Shown in pieces: positions 12,101 through 18,407 of a stretch of 20,000 nucleotides of DNA. Origin of the DNA: an uncultured virus (IMG/VR IMGVR_UViG_3300021957_000019) (taxonomy: Duplodnaviria; Heunggongvirae; Uroviricota; Caudoviricetes); the IMG/VR virus record IMGVR_UViG_3300021957_000019, one strand, 5' to 3'. Position 1 is the stretch's first letter. The number at the start of each line of letters is the position of its first letter. Made by a program: the position numbers and the translations under genes. Under the pieces are notes generated by a model. The model was not told where the DNA came from. It was given only the letters and a program-made list of their open reading frames with translations, and ran no database searches.

Positions 12101-12819
12101 AGACACCATCTATAACACCAACAATTACGGTAACACCTACAAATACTGTAACACCAGCCACTTCAGTCACACCAACTAATACCGTAACACCTACGAATAC
12201 TGTAACTCCTTCAGTTACCGTAACACCTACGAGTACCGTAACACCTACGAATACTGTAACTCCTTCAGTTACCGTAACACCTACGAGTACTGTAACACCA
12301 ACAATAACTCCGACTAGTGGGTTATCTCCTACACCTACACCTTCAATTACACCCACTAATAGTGTAACGCCTTCAATTACTCCAACTAATACTGTAACAC
12401 CTTCAATTACTCCAACTAATACCGTTACACCTACAAATACCGTTACACCTACAAATAGTGTTACACCTACAAATAGTGTTACTCCTTCGATTACTCCAAC
12501 TAATACAGTCACACCAACAACTACAGTAACTCCAACTAATACAGTCACACCGACCATCACCGTGACACCCACAAATACTGTAACACCTACAAATACTGTA
12601 ACACCTACAAATACTGTAACTCCTTCAGTTACGGTAACACCATCATCGACACCACCGTCATTTAACTGTGATTTAGTAGTTGTGGGTTCAGGTAGACAGT
12701 TGAGTTGTACGTTAGAAATTTCGTCATCAGTAACCTCTTTAGATTGTAATCTAGTTGTTTCTGGTAGTTATGTGTTTGTAACGCCAACGCCAACACCAAC
12801 ACCATCAACTAATTCATAA
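3178..12819 (+). CDS. Giant mosaic adhesin-like virion protein (~3213 aa): Cys-rich modules, 3 VWA + 1 divergent VWA-like domain, dockerin-like motif, SprB-type repeats, Thr/Pro stalks
   Basis: 9.6 kb uninterrupted ORF. Start moved from TTG 3169 to ATG 3178, which forms an ATGA overlap with the upstream stop. MIDAS motifs DESGS (3706), DQSGS (5503), DQSGS (6565), each followed by GGT and ILITDG/LLITDG. No hydrophobic signal peptide. Confidence 0.85.
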   Translation: MSFTKYILQSCDGNLKYRVNFTGTTNLNVGETWSVECGGIESGCYYIEQNTDEVLEEYNSDECTFVEFDDCEGCEASIGNTVAAVNINEYRQCDDDTRPPLTDGSNNIIVIKYPTGSPYSGQDSILFEDDYGNFHCFSYFDTYINNPTAGVTGVSGFTDCESCIATCDTQDIVILLDESGSVTSSNFTSMKNGVVEIANQLESQMDLGLIQLSAYKWSDCGGVDLISDLTTSHTSFVNAVNGAGYGGGGTYATTALNTAYSQLEGSNANPNSNKTIILITDGGLADYNNTGCSGISATQMASQMKLGFYGTLDSIKIIAVNISSGSPGQLINIASGSENYFSAATFNDWETTVAQEVADVGCDENPFYGESFDFYKAEHCCDFNGDNFLPDVYVAIPDSYTYSSDDGFYLDENCYSLFNPPNNLYSGGTTAVIEVGDIISNVCASCNCNNYKVGIFRSCCFYSNGTPTTEIPDIYLGIDLSDGWIPGPNDNAIEYSGNCYTLIGYSTTESPIDFVSTFESSCDKIRPYCPQCPDPSPTPTVTSSLTPTVTPTVTITPTNTQTPTPTVSTTPTPTPTTSASLFTAQKFSACTPSESTDIVPYLHGITAYTYSSVEYTVPLVINNVCDLSPMMNSSFEITKNDIYVAAYYHFNSSSCDAPFIDINGDGCITTADITYYIANGYVGNTDVVYTLSSESSCQLPNVVYGTGLTATCTGIVADTGCTWNLEIADRTQHCMTYLGEVETTEPIYVESLITEYSDCNTCLGFCNPQDIVVLMDQSGSVGSANWQDMQDGVIAIANDLEDRMNLGEVRMAAIRWSNCGSTTEVIGLTNNHTDFTNAVDTAPFNGGGTYASQALSDAYDLLDVDNLNAEKSIILITDGGISDFTNQLCGLPSTSQLANQMKAGTYDSGVSIKIYTVNITNGNNLQLNSLSSGPNFQFSATDFDDFVNNVSGQIADNSCEENPFTGSSYNWYESTPCCTTFGLPDIVVALETGTTPTLTTDGFVYNGNCYTFNSLTGDTFSGSSVYTVLPTDIITNACSDSICSCSNLEKIFLRNCCDVTDKIQVLYSGGTPTEGQGLGYDDKCYTYKGDTSGVDVGITTDTLIDDICLSGFCDCTVSGCGLQDIVVLVDQSGSIVSDFDDIKTGVVNIANSLEGNMDSGEVKIGIIKWSSCGNVDEVIDLTDNHTNFVNAANNMSPDGGGTQVSNALEQAYNMLNGGNSTLGAEKNILLITDGQISDVTVPCSLASLSASQLTSQMTLGLFSNGVQVKIQTIGVGSGINVGQLETLASSPDLAYTADFDTFASDISNQIALTSCDENPVGDNPDLVYWNASGCCENLNLPDIVVSVSADTTVLDSYSFVFNSVCYTFTSLAGDSESGSTVDFIYETNIYTDGCANPRCGDCNTDYKLYELENCCDETDTIVIVYSGGTTTLGYGLEYDEKCYNYKGNVGTGTPVLNTDTLLPNICINGPTSGFCQTCGTPTPTPTNSVTPTITPSNTVTPTITPTNTPTPTPTLSTVACNSGTSDFIGGWLKESWDGTATNEYFQTRLIQVLPPDLPDPGNLNAPINFDKIIIDRYSQGNVDQETELIALDGGNSGIITLDYFDGSLIYYPILGITYNTLQEQLEVDLGPLINTQLTSYVNGVSYGICIRSSTTSNTPTPTITPTVTPTITVSPSITPSITTTPAQTLTPTPSVTPSEVTTEVWEAAACCDRSDTLLVEVPVPETKVFVFYDGTSLDEASATQASDSIREWYDEKVSDGDLSGGNLYEGVVGAVSNNGENWLWWSSYPYLGSMTGGTLSTSEQINEFGSDSSDVVEFSIADSGWCQNSSGECRPKSTEFNDSNTTYRRINRGQNIATGINDTRTNGVPFDHNTELNNTANSGPGTFNGGISDYIVILVADEADGAVGLYHPRIQKSNLTVDGFSLYSSVSEPQYWEPSAGNQPSTRFEADYEAYLKVWRDIQLIGGRVNGLVYPVIDSNTARIPFPLHCLGAVEGETISGTEFQTKYGESITSVGPENINCSLITTNNPYSTLTNTSSYQNLPIQYQNGAGLKNFGIQVDPTVYSFTSGVVGDSLDEFLDSTDLSNGYGFNNGGTCYYFTQETLGTPQLILKWSQILPDYCNDVSCICASTTPSVTPTNTPTPTPSASNLPGCVSGQTNGDYTFVDCCGVTQRGSSLGVTFCVDTSAYYSGITLTYNECVPSCDEGPLEIVFSATPDCGSLGSIFIDVQGGTKPYLIQNTSPGTVPDTSGNGPFTFNNLVAGTYVFNVSDSTIPNSRLTTLQIIIPDCFDVEIEALDVPCNDTTGSIIISGDSNNYPYTILLYQNSILFQTVTTDINPYSFDSGIIPSSYYAVVTDGTGQEITTSTVNVSQSNNVDFGVSITGASPCNYFNNGYGEVTGLTGTPPYTFQWSNGGTTQIVDNLPPGNGSVIVTDSNGCTKLENFVVGNLSSLGVSSVTGTQPDCFNCNGSLTFTITGGTPPYSFSASTGELQSGGETFTLNNLCAGAHTIYVQDSGECDLTYSSTLTSTAGFSVVSVLSQNSDCGENGEITINIEGVTGIVTYSITGNTGYSESASSSSQTHTFNNLASDTYTIEVTSNSGCKYTTTKTIENENKFTIDVSQITGTTCGTNNGEVNIVVSSGSTSIQYPLSYNVKRISDGFTIYNNINSNSDTLNLTGLNSGSYEVSVTDNNGCVNLNYFTISESTGGVQAILYSTNCVSGDDGTATLEIVEGSAPFTIIWSNGVTNQNYLSGLSGGTYSVTVVDSDGCTIQKQTTVVCDSEDVEDYVINTLCEQDFTTSSQGKRGFYEMLNEAFLDLNQPGNGCELTQATFTGVLTISGGSYGIGQTLENEFYTGYTLNDVPSDNEWESVVNGLLSQFSGITYTTDILNNVFTIAGDCEGDVDPTSGAFVDLRIEIDLQVTCNGRASTPTPTPTPTSTPVSQTPTPTQTQTPSITPTITVTPTNTVTPTPTQTQTPSITPTITVTPTNTVTPATSVTPTNTVTPTNTVTPSVTVTPTSTVTPTNTVTPSVTVTPTSTVTPTITPTSGLSPTPTPSITPTNSVTPSITPTNTVTPSITPTNTVTPTNTVTPTNSVTPTNSVTPSITPTNTVTPTTTVTPTNTVTPTITVTPTNTVTPTNTVTPTNTVTPSVTVTPSSTPPSFNCDLVVVGSGRQLSCTLEISSSVTSLDCNLVVSGSYVFVTPTPTPTPSTNS
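3685..4278 (+). other. VWA domain 1 (intact MIDAS)
   Basis: [13 protein letters not shown]...[15 protein letters not shown]...[10 protein letters not shown]...IKIIAVNI...LINIAS: canonical von Willebrand factor A signature. Confidence 0.9.
5053..5214 (+). other. Dockerin/EF-hand-like Ca2+-binding motif
   Basis: [12 protein letters not shown] (5158-5193) matches DxNxDGxIxxxD. It is preceded by a degenerate copy, [16 protein letters not shown], at dockerin-like spacing. Confidence 0.55.
5482..6069 (+). other. VWA domain 2 (intact MIDAS)
   Basis: [13 protein letters not shown]...[15 protein letters not shown]...[10 protein letters not shown]...IKIYTVNI. Confidence 0.9.
6544..7134 (+). other. 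VWA domain 3 (intact MIDAS)
   Basis: [13 protein letters not shown]...[15 protein letters not shown]...[10 protein letters not shown]...VKIQTIGVG...LETLAS. Confidence 0.9.
9796..11514 (+). repeat. About seven tandem SprB-type beta-sandwich repeats (~80 aa each)
   Basis: Recurrent C..G-[S/E/T]-[I/A/L]...GG(T)xPYx[F/Y]xWSNG...xLxxGxYxVxVxDxxGC, e.g. [13 protein letters not shown]...VIVTDSNGC and [12 protein letters not shown]...[16 protein letters not shown], typical of Bacteroidota SprB repeats. Confidence 0.75.
11959..12657 (+). repeat. Thr/Pro-rich coding tandem repeat (TPTNTV / TPSVTV / TPSI units)
   Basis: 18-nt and 12-nt units, including a near-exact 72-nt tandem duplication starting at 12007 and 12079. 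Shorter TP linkers lie at ~4780-4908, 7615-7720, 8146-8270, 9571-9618 and 12781-12807. Confidence 0.95.
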
Positions 12820-12860
12820 AAATAGATAGAATATTATTCACACATTTTAAAAGTGGTAAC

Positions 12861-12868
12861 TATTTATA
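12861..12868 (+). promoter_or_regulatory. TATTTATA motif, candidate phage late promoter element
   Basis: Lies in the 74-bp gap, ending 25 nt upstream of ATG 12894. The identical octamer occurs in the only other large gap. Confidence 0.5.
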
Positions 12869-12893
12869 AAAAAAGTCAAAAAAACTATTTAAG

Positions 12894-14474
12894 ATGGCAG
12901 ATAGGTACGTAACATTAACAGGGACAACAGTTGGAACAGATATTTCTTTAGTAGATATTTATCACACCACAATCGCACCTGCCAATTTAATAGCTTCGGG
13001 TGTAACCCGTACAGAATTATTAAATGGATACACTTTTTTGGATGATGAAACACATAATATATATGTGGTAGATTCAGATTCTCCGTGTGAGGTCGACACA
13101 ACGGTAAATGTTGCAGTTTCACCAACTCCAACACCATCAATTACGCCATCAGTGACTGTCACACCGTCAATTACACCATCAGTAACTATCACACCGACAA
13201 CTTCAATCACACCAACACCTTCAATTACTCCAACAACTTCAATTACACCGACACCGTCAGTAACTATCACACCTTCAATCACACCGACACCGTCAGTAAC
13301 TATCACACCTTCAATCACACCGACACCGTCAGTTACTATCACACCTTCAATCACACCGACACCTTCAGTAACTATTACACCTTCAATTACACCTTCAATC
13401 ACTCCAACAACTTCAATTACACCGACACCATCAGTTACTATCACACCTTCAATCACACCGACACCTTCAGTAACTATTACGCCTTCAATTACTCCAACAA
13501 CTTCAATCACGCCGACACCATCAGTTACTATCACACCTTCAATCACACCGACACCTTCAGTAACTATTACACCTTCAATCACTCCAACAACTTCAATTAC
13601 ACCGACACCATCAGTTACTATCACACCTTCAATCACACCAACAACTTCAATTACTCCAACGACTTCAATCACGCCGACACCGTCAGTGACTATTACACCT
13701 TCAATCACAACGACACCGTCAGTAACTATTACGCCGACAATCACACCTTCAATCACACCAACAAGTACGATTACTCCGACAATCACGCCATCAGTAACTA
13801 CTACGCCTTCAATTACTCCGTCAATTACAGTAACACCGACAAATACAGTTACACCAACGGCATCAATCACCCCAAGTATAACACCAAGTATAACAGTGAC
13901 ACCATCAATAACACCTAGTGAATCAGCACCAGCTGCTTATATTCTATATTCGACTGATAATGACTATCAGGGTAACCCTAATGATTTATTAGATTATATG
14001 CTTAATAACGCACCTAACCTATCTTGGATGGGGTTTAACGGAGGTACGGGAGCATATAACAATGGAGATGCATTGGCTTGGATGGATTGGTCAGGTTGGG
14101 CAGGAACCGCAAACGGTTCAGGCATGTTAACTACAACAGTTGACCAAGCGACATATTTATTTAATCAAGTTACATTAACCTCTGGAACTGTTAGTGCAGG
14201 AGACACAGTATATCCAGCAATTTTAATACCGACGAGTTCCATGAGTAGTGACACATATAGATTAGATGATATTGGATACGATTACACTAGTAACGCGGGA
14301 ACTTCATACCTAAGCCTTGGTTCTAATACTTCGGTTTCCGGAACACTATTAAATTATACAACAGGAACTAATTTCCCTGTAGGTACCTATAGGGTTTACT
14401 ATAATGTAGGATTGTCATCGAACACTAATAATGTCAATACATACTACTTCAAAGCTTTAACTAAAACACCATAA
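12894..14474 (+). CDS. Mucin-like stalk protein, 526 aa: ~75-aa N-terminal domain, ~267-aa Thr/Pro/Ser tract, ~184-aa C-terminal globular domain
   Basis: ATG follows an A-rich leader. Non-repetitive, beta-rich-looking termini flank the repeat, and the C-terminal domain is aromatic-rich (WMGF, WMDWSGW). No signal peptide. Confidence 0.85.
   Translation: MADRYVTLTGTTVGTDISLVDIYHTTIAPANLIASGVTRTELLNGYTFLDDETHNIYVVDSDSPCEVDTTVNVAVSPTPTPSITPSVTVTPSITPSVTITPTTSITPTPSITPTTSITPTPSVTITPSITPTPSVTITPSITPTPSVTITPSITPTPSVTITPSITPSITPTTSITPTPSVTITPSITPTPSVTITPSITPTTSITPTPSVTITPSITPTPSVTITPSITPTTSITPTPSVTITPSITPTTSITPTTSITPTPSVTITPSITTTPSVTITPTITPSITPTSTITPTITPSVTTTPSITPSITVTPTNTVTPTASITPSITPSITVTPSITPSESAPAAYILYSTDNDYQGNPNDLLDYMLNNAPNLSWMGFNGGTGAYNNGDALAWMDWSGWAGTANGSGMLTTTVDQATYLFNQVTLTSGTVSAGDTVYPAILIPTSSMSSDTYRLDDIGYDYTSNAGTSYLSLGSNTSVSGTLLNYTTGTNFPVGTYRVYYNVGLSSNTNNVNTYYFKALTKTP
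13119..13919 (+). repeat. Coding tandem repeat [12 protein letters not shown] / TPTTSI
   Basis: Dominant 36-nt unit (acaccgacaccNtcagtNactatcacaccttcaatc) interspersed with 18- and 12-nt units, with synonymous variation. Confidence 0.95.
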
Positions 14475-14481
14475 TTAGATA

Positions 14482-16749
14482 ATGTCAAATCACTATAGAA
14501 ACCCCATAGCGGGTAACACAACAACAGGACCATGGTCCCCAACTTCACTTGACAGAGATTATGGTACTAATTTCAGTGTCTACAATATTGGTGGATACAT
14601 GGAAGTTGATAATTTAGAAGACTTAAATTATACAGTAAATGGTACAGGTAATATTTTTGATTCAGGAAACACAATACCTGTAAAATATTACGAATCGCCA
14701 AATGTTCTAACAGATAAGATATTTTTATGGAATGACGGAATTTCTTCAGGAAGAAGAAGACTTGGAATGCTTGTCTATGTATTAGAAACTGACCAAGTTT
14801 ATCAGTATGTGATTCCGAATTATGAATCATTATTTACGGCGGCAACGTCTGCAGGTGTAGTAATAGGTGACCGAGACACAGACACTTATTTAGAAGTAAG
14901 AAACAAAATAGGGGTAACACCAAATGCCGCAGGACAGGCATTAATGGACGCTTGGTTAGATTCATCAATTGAAGGTGTAAGTGGAGTAACAAGAAATAAC
15001 GCAAGATGGAGGGTATTTTGGGGTACTGACTGGCAAGTTACGGGAGGTACTGTAGATTATAATAGTACCGGAGATTTAAGCTTAAGTTCAAATAGTGGTA
15101 ACACGGTTACCATAAGTGGATTAACGACAATAACAGGTGGAACATACTTAAGCGGAACTTCAACATTAGAACTTTATAATAATTTAGGTGATACGGTAAG
15201 TGTCACGGGTTTTACTGGTGGAGGTTCAGGTTCATCAGGAAGTAGTGGAACGTCAGGTTCATCAGGTTCTAGTGGAGAATCAGGTAGTTCAGGTAGTAGT
15301 GGAACATCAGGTTCATCAGGAAGTAGTGGAGAATCAGGTAGTTCAGGTAGTAGTGGAACATCAGGTTCATCAGGAAGTAGTGGAGAATCAGGTAGTTCAG
15401 GTAGTAGTGGAACATCAGGAAGTTCAGGTTCTTCAGGAGAATCAGGTTCATCAGGAAGTAGTGGAACATCAGGAAGTTCAGGTTCTTCAGGAGAATCAGG
15501 TTCATCAGGTAGTAGTGGAACATCAGGAAGTTCAGGTTCTTCAGGAGAATCAGGTTCATCAGGAAGTAGTGGAACGTCAGGTTCATCAGGAAGTAGTGGA
15601 GAATCAGGTAGTTCAGGTAGTAGTGGAACGTCAGGTTCATCAGGAAGTAGTGGAACATCAGGAAGTTCAGGTTCATCAGGAACATCAGGTATAGGTGGTG
15701 AAACTGTAGGTGGTGAGGGAGTGAGAATAACAGGTTCAGGAACCACATCAACACCTTATACTGCGGACACAATATATAATACTAATTTAACGGGTTCTTT
15801 AGAAATGGATGCAGATGTAGGAGGTATAGAGGCTGGAACGACAGTTGCCGATTTAACAGGAAAAACTATGGTTGATTTATTTAACGACTTATTATTCCCA
15901 ACCGTATTACCAACATATACAACACCTTCAATTACTACTAGTGGTATAAATAGTCAAACTCTTGAGGTAGGAACTACAGAAAGTATAAACTTTACAGGTG
16001 TCGCTACTAAGAATGACGCAGGTGAGTTCACATCTATCAGACTAAGAAAAAACTCATCTGATGTTGTAACAGATAACTCACCAACAGAAGGGTCCGCGAC
16101 TGATATACCAGACCAATTTGGATTTACAAATAATAATAATCCTAACCACACATATACTAGTAGTGCATTTAGTGAAACACTAACAGTACCAACACCTACA
16201 GGTAGTAATACGAGTAGTTCAACGACCTATGATGCGGAAGGTGATTGTGACGCAGGTGTTGTTAAAAAAGATAATAAAGGTAATGATGATACTAGAAGTT
16301 TTGGAACTAATAGTAATACCCCACAGGCGGCTAGGACAAACTTAGACGCATCCAACAGAACGATTACGGGTGTATATCCATATTGGTACGGTACATCATC
16401 CACTCAACCAACAATCAGTTCTATCCAAGACGCTATATCAGGAGGTACTGCAAATAAATCGTCAATTACAAATAACCAAAATAGTACTTTGACTATAACA
16501 TTTAATGCATCTTCTGAATTCTTATGGTTTGCTCATTTTGAGGAATACAACACAAAACAAAGCTACTTTGTTTCTGACCTAAATAAAGGAAACTTTGGGT
16601 CAACTGGACTATTTCAAACATTTGATACAGCAAATATTGATAGTCCTGATGGGTATTGGAACGGAGTTGGATATAAAATTTACATAGGTAATTATCAAAC
16701 TGAAACTCAGAGTTTTGGCTCGATGCAACTAAGAACAAGTACAGTATAA
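14482..16749 (+). CDS. Putative fibre/structural protein with central Gly-X-Ser tract, 755 aa
   Basis: Starts 7 bp after the previous stop. N-terminal domain with RRRLGMLVYV...YQY, then 51 G-X-S triplets, then VGGIEAGTT...LLFPTVLPTYTTPS and a beta-rich C-terminus (ITGVYPYWYG...LWFAH). Confidence 0.8.
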   Translation: MSNHYRNPIAGNTTTGPWSPTSLDRDYGTNFSVYNIGGYMEVDNLEDLNYTVNGTGNIFDSGNTIPVKYYESPNVLTDKIFLWNDGISSGRRRLGMLVYVLETDQVYQYVIPNYESLFTAATSAGVVIGDRDTDTYLEVRNKIGVTPNAAGQALMDAWLDSSIEGVSGVTRNNARWRVFWGTDWQVTGGTVDYNSTGDLSLSSNSGNTVTISGLTTITGGTYLSGTSTLELYNNLGDTVSVTGFTGGGSGSSGSSGTSGSSGSSGESGSSGSSGTSGSSGSSGESGSSGSSGTSGSSGSSGESGSSGSSGTSGSSGSSGESGSSGSSGTSGSSGSSGESGSSGSSGTSGSSGSSGESGSSGSSGTSGSSGSSGESGSSGSSGTSGSSGSSGTSGSSGSSGTSGIGGETVGGEGVRITGSGTTSTPYTADTIYNTNLTGSLEMDADVGGIEAGTTVADLTGKTMVDLFNDLLFPTVLPTYTTPSITTSGINSQTLEVGTTESINFTGVATKNDAGEFTSIRLRKNSSDVVTDNSPTEGSATDIPDQFGFTNNNNPNHTYTSSAFSETLTVPTPTGSNTSSSTTYDAEGDCDAGVVKKDNKGNDDTRSFGTNSNTPQAARTNLDASNRTITGVYPYWYGTSSTQPTISSIQDAISGGTANKSSITNNQNSTLTITFNASSEFLWFAHFEEYNTKQSYFVSDLNKGNFGSTGLFQTFDTANIDSPDGYWNGVGYKIYIGNYQTETQSFGSMQLRTSTV
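15229..15687 (+). repeat. 51 uninterrupted Gly-X-Ser triplets with a 54-nt super-period (GSSGSSGTSGSSGSSGES)
   Basis: Glu codons fall exactly every 54 nt: 15277, 15331, 15385, 15439, 15493, 15547, 15601. Confidence 0.95.
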
Positions 16750-16753
16750 TATT

Positions 16754-18343
16754 ATGGGAATAGTTTTAAGTAGTAATATAGATTTACAAGGTGGTTTACC
16801 ACTGGATTCAAGATACGGACCGTATAGTAGTACTACAGTTGCTAATAGTAGTATTGTAACTGCTAATAGGTTTGTTGGTTTAACTGTTGGAATTGTAACA
16901 GGTACGACAACATATAACGGATTACAACTTACCGAGGCTGAAGATGGGATACAAGATTATTGGTACTTTTCAGGTATTACAGATGCGGATTTAGTATTAA
17001 AGGAAGGAGGTGCAGGTGGGACATCAGGTTCATCAGGAACTAGTGGTAGTTCAGGAACATCAGGAACATCAGGACAAGGAGGGGGAACAAACTTTTTCTT
17101 TAATTCAGACATTACTGAAGTAGGTTCATACTTACAACTTTCACCGACACCTATTAGTAGCGCTGAGACAGATACAAATATTTCAATACCTGCTCTATCG
17201 ACAGGTACTACCATTGCAAGTTATGCCTCTACTGAATTCGGTTTTACAATTATTCCAGGTGGGGTACAACACTTTAATTTATGGTTTACAAAAGATGGTG
17301 AAAACGATGACTTAGAAGCATTCGTTGAATTATATTTAGCTAATTCATCAGGAGTAATTCAAGCTTCTATAGGTTCGTCAGAGGCAGTTAATATAGGTTG
17401 GAACAATAATAATACTACTCCGGTATATGTAACTCCCGATATTACGTTAACCACATCTAACGTAAATGTTGACGATAGAATGGTTGTAGTCATTAAAGTA
17501 CGTAACCAAGACAATCAAATTAGTGATGCGACATTCTACACACAAGGGTCTTCACACTATTCATATGTGACAACTACAATCGGAGCTCAAGGAGGTAGTA
17601 GTGGAACATCAGGTTCTTCAGGAACTTCAGGTTCATCAGGAAGTAGCGGAACGTCAGGTTCTTCGGGAACGTCAGGTTCTTCGGGAACATCAGGAAGTAG
17701 TGGAACATCAGGTTCTTCGGGAACATCAGGAAGTAGTGGAACATCAGGTTCTTCAGGAACATCAGGTTCGTCAGGAAGTAGTGGAACATCAGGAACATCA
17801 GGTTCGTCAGGAAGTAGTGGAACATCAGGTTCGTCAGGAAGTAGCGGAACATCAGGTAGTTCAGGTACGTCTGGATTTTTATTACTTACTGGAGATACTA
17901 TTGACGGTGTAATCACATATAATGGTGAAGGAGGTAGTGTTGAGTCAAATATTCTATTTGATGGGAACAACGACACATTAACAATAACCGGAGATACGAT
18001 AATCTACGGTAATGAATATAGCCAAAGTGCTGACATTACGATTACGACTAATGGTAATCATAATGTATTAACAATACCTAGTTCATCAGGAAGTAGTTTT
18101 CACTACAATTATTTTGTTGAAGAACAAACAACCAAAGGATTTAGAACGGGTGTTGTAATGGCGGCAGTAAACTTAGACAAAGACGAAACAGTATATACAG
18201 ATACATCAACGATTGACGGAACGAGTTCAACTCAAGATATAGAATTTAGTACCGTTGTTAGTGGTAGTAATCTAATACTGAGGGCAACTACAAGTAATGA
18301 TACTACTTGGGTTGTAAAAATTTCTGTAGAAGTAGTATTCTAA
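16754..18343 (+). CDS. Putative fibre/structural protein with two Gly-X-Ser tracts, 529 aa
   Basis: Starts 4 bp after the previous stop. N-terminal PLDSRYGPY...RFVGLTVGI...YWY..GITDADLVLK domain, 6 triplets (17018-17071), a ~170-aa beta-rich domain, 31 triplets (17594-17872), then a C-terminal beta-rich domain. Confidence 0.8.
   Translation: MGIVLSSNIDLQGGLPLDSRYGPYSSTTVANSSIVTANRFVGLTVGIVTGTTTYNGLQLTEAEDGIQDYWYFSGITDADLVLKEGGAGGTSGSSGTSGSSGTSGTSGQGGGTNFFFNSDITEVGSYLQLSPTPISSAETDTNISIPALSTGTTIASYASTEFGFTIIPGGVQHFNLWFTKDGENDDLEAFVELYLANSSGVIQASIGSSEAVNIGWNNNNTTPVYVTPDITLTTSNVNVDDRMVVVIKVRNQDNQISDATFYTQGSSHYSYVTTTIGAQGGSSGTSGSSGTSGSSGSSGTSGSSGTSGSSGTSGSSGTSGSSGTSGSSGTSGSSGTSGSSGSSGTSGTSGSSGSSGTSGSSGSSGTSGSSGTSGFLLLTGDTIDGVITYNGEGGSVESNILFDGNNDTLTITGDTIIYGNEYSQSADITITTNGNHNVLTIPSSSGSSFHYNYFVEEQTTKGFRTGVVMAAVNLDKDETVYTDTSTIDGTSSTQDIEFSTVVSGSNLILRATTSNDTTWVVKISVEVVF
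17594..17872 (+). repeat. 31 Gly-(Ser/Thr)-Ser triplets
   Basis: 9-nt units such as ggaacatca, ggttcttca, ggaagtagt and ggttcgtca. Confidence 0.95.
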
Positions 18344-18367
18344 AAATGATAAATGAAATATAAAAAG

Positions 18368-18375
18368 TATTTATA
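18368..18375 (+). promoter_or_regulatory. TATTTATA motif, candidate phage late promoter element
   Basis: Lies in the 64-bp gap, ending 32 nt upstream of ATG 18408; identical to 12861-12868. Confidence 0.5.
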
Positions 18376-18407
18376 TAAAAATAAAACGAACCTAAAGTAA
18401 TAATTAA

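Noticed and set aside
3178..12819. Interpretation as a cellular Bacteroidota T9SS-secreted adhesin (sprB itself)
   Set aside because: No signal peptide and no T9SS C-terminal domain (the protein ends in TPTPSTNS), and it is coupled to a baseplate-like gene. No gene symbol assigned.
12841..12855. Imperfect palindrome cacattttaaaagtg as a terminator
   Set aside because: Very weak AT-rich stem with no GC-rich hairpin or following U-tract.
11808..13870. Minus-strand ORFs of 254 aa and 302 aa (GVTV/GVIE-rich), plus similar ones at 4767-5003 and 7602-7895
   Set aside because: Antisense shadows of the Thr/Pro repeats, whose codons give few stops on the reverse strand. They are fully overlapped by better + strand genes.
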